Shown piece by piece: positions 59,435 through 64,000 of a stretch of 64,000 nucleotides of DNA. The position numbers and the translations under genes are program-made. The DNA is taken from NCBI GenBank assembly GCA_024277065.1, contig JAJRVY010000060.1, positions 9,486 to 73,485 on the forward strand, read 5' to 3'. The DNA comes from Planctomycetota bacterium (GTDB lineage Bacteria > Planctomycetota > JAJSAM01 > JAJVHW01). Every line of letters starts with the position of its first letter. Positions within the stretch are counted from its first letter, which is position 1. The notes under the pieces are model-generated. The model did not search any database. It was not told where the DNA came from and saw only the letters and a list, made by a program, of their open reading frames with translations.

Positions 59435-62400
59435 ATGCGCCTGAAGTCGCTTCGCATGCACGGCTTCAAGTCGTTCGCGCAACGCACCGAGTTCACGTTT
59501 CCCGAAGGGTTGACGTGCATCGTCGGTCCCAACGGCTGCGGCAAGTCCAACGTCGTGGACGCCATGAAGTGGGTGATGGGCGAGCAGCGCCCGACGGCCC
59601 TGCGCGGCGCCGAGATGGCCGACGTCATCTTCGGCGGCACCGCGCAGCGCAAGGCCCTCGGCATGGCCGAGGTGACGCTGCAGTTCGAGAACCTCTCCGG
59701 CGTTCTCGGCGTCGAGTGGAACGAGGTCGAGATCACGCGGCGGCTCTACCGCGACGGCACCAGCGAGTACCTCCTCAACAGGAACCGTTGCCGGCTGAAG
59801 GACCTGCGCGATCTGTTCCTGGACACGGGCGGCGGGCGCGGCGGCCTGACGATCCTCGAACAGGGCAAGATCGACCAGGTGCTGCGCGACAGTCACCAGG
59901 AGCGCCGGGCGGTCTTCGAGGAGGCGGCCGGCATCGCGAAGTACAAGACGCGTCGCAAGGAGTCGCTGCGGCGGCTCGAGCGCGTCGAGGCCGATCTCCT
60001 GCGCGTCTCGGACGTGGTCGCGGAGAAGCAGCGGCTGGTGCGGTCGCTCAAGATCCAGGCCGGCCGCGCCGAGCGCTACCAGGCACTCGTGGACGAGATG
60101 CGGCAGAAGCGGCTGCAACTCGCGGTGCACCGCTACGGAGTGCTGCTCGCGGCCCGCGAGGAGGCCTCCGGTCGCGTCGATGCGCTCGCGGCGGCCGAGG
60201 CCGAGGCGCGTGAAGGCGTGCGCCGCGCCGTGGCCGAGTGCCGCGTCGCCGAGGACGAACTCGAGACGTCGCGCGTGTCGGTCTCGCGGCTCGAGCAGGA
60301 GATGGCGACCCTGGCGGGGCAGGCCGAGACGGCGCGCGAGAAGTCGGCGTTCGCGACGCGTCTCGCCAGCGAACTGGACGGCAAGATCCGCTGGTACACC
60401 GACGAGATCGAGTCCAGTGCCTCGCGGCTTCAGGATCTCGATGGCGCGCGCACCGACGCCGAGTCCGCGCTCGACCGCGCGCGCACCGAGAGAGCGGCGC
60501 GCGAACTCGAGATCGACGCCGCGCAGACGCTCATCGATGAGCGTCTGGCGGGTGTCCTGGCCCATCGCCGTGACGCCGAGGCGCTGTCGCGCAGCGCGTA
60601 CGACGCCGTCGAGCGCCAGGCACAGCTCGCGAGCGAGCGATCACGCCTCGAAGCGCGGCAGCAGGCCCTCGGGGCGCAGCGCCATCGCCTCGTCGAACGC
60701 CTGCAGGGACTGCAGGCCGAGACGAGCGCGGCGCGGGAGCGCGTCGCGAGAGCCGTCGCGGCCCACGAGTCTGCACAGACCGCGCTCGACAGCGCGCAGG
60801 CCGCACTCGAGGGCGCGGAGTCGCGGCTGGCCGCGGTCGAGGACGACGTGCGTGCGCGTCGCGAGGCGGTGGGGAGCCTCGATCGCGAGTTCTCCGGCGT
60901 GCGCAGCCGCGTCGAGGTGCTGCAGCATCTCTGCCGTCAGATGGAGGGCGTCGGCGAGGGCGCGCGGCGGCTGCTCGCCGACGCGCGTGACGGCGCGGGC
61001 GAACTCTCCGGAGTGCGTGGGCTGCTCGTGGAGCTGCTGCAGACCGACGCCGACGATGCGGCGGCCGTCGAGAGCGCACTCGGCCCGCACGCTTCGGCCG
61101 TGGTCGTCGATTCCCTGGACAGCGCCGTTCGCGTCGCGGACTACCTCGCCCGGCAGAGGCTGGGGCGTTGCCTCCTGCTACCGCTCGATCAGTTCGGGCA
61201 CTCGGGTGGCGCTGCCGAGGGAGCGCTCGCCACGCGCGTCGCGTGCGACGAGCCGTTGCGAGGTGTCATCGCCGCCCTGCTCGGGCGCTCCGTGCGTGTC
61301 GAGACGCTGGCCGAGGCGCGCGCGGCGCGCGACGTCGGCGACGGCACGCTGCGCCTGGTGACCGCCGGTGGCGAGGTGCTCGAGCCCACCGGTGTGCTCG
61401 CCGCCGGGGGCGAGTCCGGCGGCGCCGGCGTCCTGCGTCGTCTGAGCGAGCTGCGTGAACTGACCGAGCGCCTCGACGGACTGCGAGCCGACGTCGAAGC
61501 GGCGCGCATCGCGCTGCGCGAGGCCGAGGCGGCCCAGGCGTCCGCCCGCGGCGGCGTCCGGGAGTCGCGCGACGCTCTGCGGTGCGCGGAGTCCGACGCC
61601 AACCGGACCGGCAACGAGAGCGAGCGCGCGGCGGCGGAACTGCACCGCCAGGAGGTCGATGCCGGTCGTCTGGGCGGAGAGATCGCCGAGATCGCCGCCG
61701 TGCTCGAGACCCTCGAGGACGCGTCCCGCACCGCCGCCCTCGAGCGGGATCGCCTGGACGCCGAGCGAGCGGAGGTCGAGGCCCGCCGCGACGAGGTCGC
61801 GGGCGAGCTGGCCGGGCGCGAGGCGGCGCTGCGCGAGGCCGAAGGCGTCCGCGCCGACGTGCGCGTGCAACTCGCGTCGGTCACCGAACGCTGCGCGTCG
61901 CTCGATTCACGCGTCAAGGCGATCGAGGACGAGGCCTGCGAACTCGAAGACGGCGTCGATTAGGCGCGCGAGGAGCTCGAGGGCTGCGAGCGGCGGTGCG
62001 CCGAGGCGCAGGATCGCGGCCGGCAGGCGCGCCAGGATCTCGCCTGCGCTCAGGCGCGCCGCGAAGAGTGCATCGGCCTGCTCGCCGAACTGCGCCATCG
62101 GCTCTCCGATAACCGCAGCCGACTCGATGAGCGGCGCACGCTGCTCGACGCGCTCGAGAAGGAGGCCGGCACGGTCGGGCGTGACCTGCAGCGGTTCAGG
62201 TTGCGGCAGAGCGAGGCCCGCGTGCGTGTCGAGAGCCTGCTCGAACGCATCCAGGAAGAACTCGAGGTGGACCTGCACGCGGCGTGGGAGCGCGCGGGCG
62301 CGGGGGCCACGGTGAGCCCCGGGAACGCGGCCACGACGGACTCGCCGCCGGCCCGCGGCACGGCGGAGAGCGCGGAGAGCGCAGACACGCCGGAGACTCG

Positions 62401-63124
62401 CGTCGCCGCGCCCGTCTACATCGCCGTGGACGAGCCGCCGTTCGATCCGGACGCGGTCGAGGCTGAGATCCAGTCCTTGCGCGATCGCCTCGGACGCATG
62501 GGCAACGTGAACCTCGAGGCGCTCGATCAGCTCGGATCCGTGGAGCAGGAGGCCACCGGTCTCGTCGCGCAGCTCGACGACCTGACGCGGTCGCGCGAGT
62601 CCCTCCTCGCGGCGATCAAGAAGATCGACACCGAGAGCCGCGAGCTCTTCACGACGACGTTCGAGGCCATCCGTGCCAACTTCAAGACCATGTTCCGGCG
62701 TCTCTTCGAGGGCGGCAAGGCCGACATCTACCTCGACGAGGGCCAGGACGTGCTCGAGGCCGGCATCGACATCGTCGCACGGCCCCCCGGCAAGGAGCCG
62801 CGCTCGATCTCGCTGCTCTCGGGCGGTGAGCGCACGATGACGGCCGTCGCCCTGCTCCTTGCGATCTACCAGTCCAAGCCCTCGCCGTTCTGCCTGCTCG
62901 ACGAGGTGGACGCCGCGCTCGACGAGGCCAACGTGGATCGCTTCGCGAGCGTCGTGCGCGAGTTCGCGGAAGAGAGCCAGTTCATCATCATCACGCACAA
63001 CAAGCGGACGATGAGCGCCGCCGACTCCATCTTCGGCGTCTCCATGCCCGAGCCCGGCGTCAGTCGCCGGTTGGCCGTGCGGCTCGACGAGGTCGGCGAC
63101 GACGGCCAGATCCTCGCGGCGTGA
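59435..63124 (+). CDS. smc: chromosome partition protein SMC, a single 1229-codon frame interrupted by one in-frame TAG at 61961-61963 (either a pseudogene or error, or stop-codon readthrough)
   Basis: The N-terminus is MRLKSLRMHGFKSFAQRTEFTFPEGLTCIVGPNGCGKSN (Walker A), followed by coiled coil and hinge. After the TAG the same frame continues with coiled coil for 79 codons to the next possible start, and ends with the LSGGERTMTAVALLLAIYQSKPSPFCLLDEVDAALD signature/Walker B. The ORF track splits it into 59342..61963 and 62201..63124. Confidence 0.8.
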
Positions 63125-63260
63125 CCCGGAGCGGCGCCGCGTTCCTCCTGTCCACACCTTCTCCCGGCCACACCCTCTGATTCGCGTCGTCAGGTTCGAC
63201 GACCGCGAGCCGCGCTCCGCCTGCTCGCACGTGCCGCTCGCGCGCGCCGGAACGCGGCCG

Positions 63261-63974
63261 TCACTGCTTCTCCGGCGGGCCGAACGTCAGGGGGCACATC
63301 AACACCTCTTCGCGCGCCATCTGGATGTAGCGCTTCTGACGGTAGTGGGCGAAGAGCGCGGGGCCGGAGTACGGCGGGGGGCCGGGCGCCTCCATCGACT
63401 CCACCGCGAAGATCCCACCGAGCAGCCGCAGGCGCTGGGCGCAGCTCGTCTGCGCCTGACGCTTCAGGATCTTGCGCTGCATCTCCTCGTTCGGCCGCGT
63501 CTCGAAGCGTACGCCCGCCAGCGCCGGATGCGTCGGCTTCGCGCCGATCTCGATGCGCCCGGTGGCCGGCACGCCGAGTTCCGCGCGCGTCAGGAAGCGG
63601 ATGTCGAAGTCGTCCGTCATGACGAAGGCGCCGTCGTCGTGGTGCGGACACACGACCAGGACCTGAGGTTCGTCGGCGGTCGCGGCGAGTGGATGCGATT
63701 CGAGATCGCGGATCGGGTAGGAGAACTGCGTGCGGAAGCCCAGGCTCCTGTCGCGCGAGTCGGCGAGCGGGTCGGCCCGGCACCGCAGGCGCGAGACGAG
63801 TTGCTTGTCCTTCACCGTCATCAGCCTCGCGAGCAGCCAGCCCTCCTTGCGCGAATCGCCTGGCTTGAGGCTGCGTGCGACGCCGTACACGAACTCGCCG
63901 ACGCGCATGAGGTTGCCGCGGCACGTCCGTCGCACGTCGGCGTCGTCGCGGCGCTCCTTCGCACCGGCAGCCAT
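63261..63974 (-). CDS. hypothetical protein
   Basis: It is a 237-aa ORF with plausible codon usage. No family was recognised. Its start is near the window end. Confidence 0.35.
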   Translation of the reverse strand: MAAGAKERRDDADVRRTCRGNLMRVGEFVYGVARSLKPGDSRKEGWLLARLMTVKDKQLVSRLRCRADPLADSRDRSLGFRTQFSYPIRDLESHPLAATADEPQVLVVCPHHDDGAFVMTDDFDIRFLTRAELGVPATGRIEIGAKPTHPALAGVRFETRPNEEMQRKILKRQAQTSCAQRLRLLGGIFAVESMEAPGPPPYSGPALFAHYRQKRYIQMAREEVLMCPLTFGPPEKQ

Positions 63975-64000
63975 CGGCGCAAGCGCGAGCGCGAGCGCGA

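Noticed and set aside
41787-61963. Pyrrolysine or global reassignment of TAG
   Set aside because: Most TAGs in the window terminate proteins at the expected homologue length (MraZ, L13, MurC, PPDK, PilT, AcrA). There are no pyl genes in the window. Only context-specific readthrough or an error remains plausible.

Overview
This 64-kb window is about 70% GC and almost entirely coding. It looks like a core chromosomal segment of a Planctomycetota-like bacterium. The window starts with the C-terminus of an H-X9-DG (DUF1559) protein, and there is a protein with the N-terminal HTH 'excisionase-type' motif common in that phylum. The gene order is as follows. (1) dnaE on the minus strand, then a HEAT-repeat lipoprotein, an HNH endonuclease and a GT-C-like membrane protein. 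(2) A division/cell-wall (dcw) cluster: mraZ, rsmH, ftsL-like, ftsI, murE, murF, mraY, ftsW, murG, murC, murB, a small ORF, an ftsQ-like gene and a large Ala-rich membrane protein. The cluster has four GTGGG MraZ boxes at 10-bp phasing upstream, and it lacks murD, ddl, ftsA and ftsZ. (3) rplM-rpsI, yebC and ppdK (minus strand). (4) A type IV pilus/T2SS-like module: a GspE/PilB-type ATPase, pilT, a second pilB, pilC, a histidine kinase and two small secreted/membrane proteins. (5) A TPR/HExxH protein split by an in-frame TAG. (6) An acrA-acrB-outer-membrane-factor RND efflux operon on the minus strand. (7) radC, then cytochrome oxidase subunits III and IV in one frame separated by TAG, a secreted alpha/beta hydrolase, a metallophosphoesterase and yidC. 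(8) nrdR, a divergent NrdD-like ATP-cone protein with no recognisable glycyl-radical C-terminus, and an nrdG-like radical-SAM activase. (9) smc, as a single 1229-codon frame interrupted by one in-frame TAG. No rRNA, tRNA or CRISPR was recognised. The features most worth follow-up are: the three in-frame TAG junctions, the FtsZ-less dcw architecture with a lineage-specific membrane protein, the atypical nrd module, several intergenic repeat or structured elements, and the duplicated pilus assembly ATPases.
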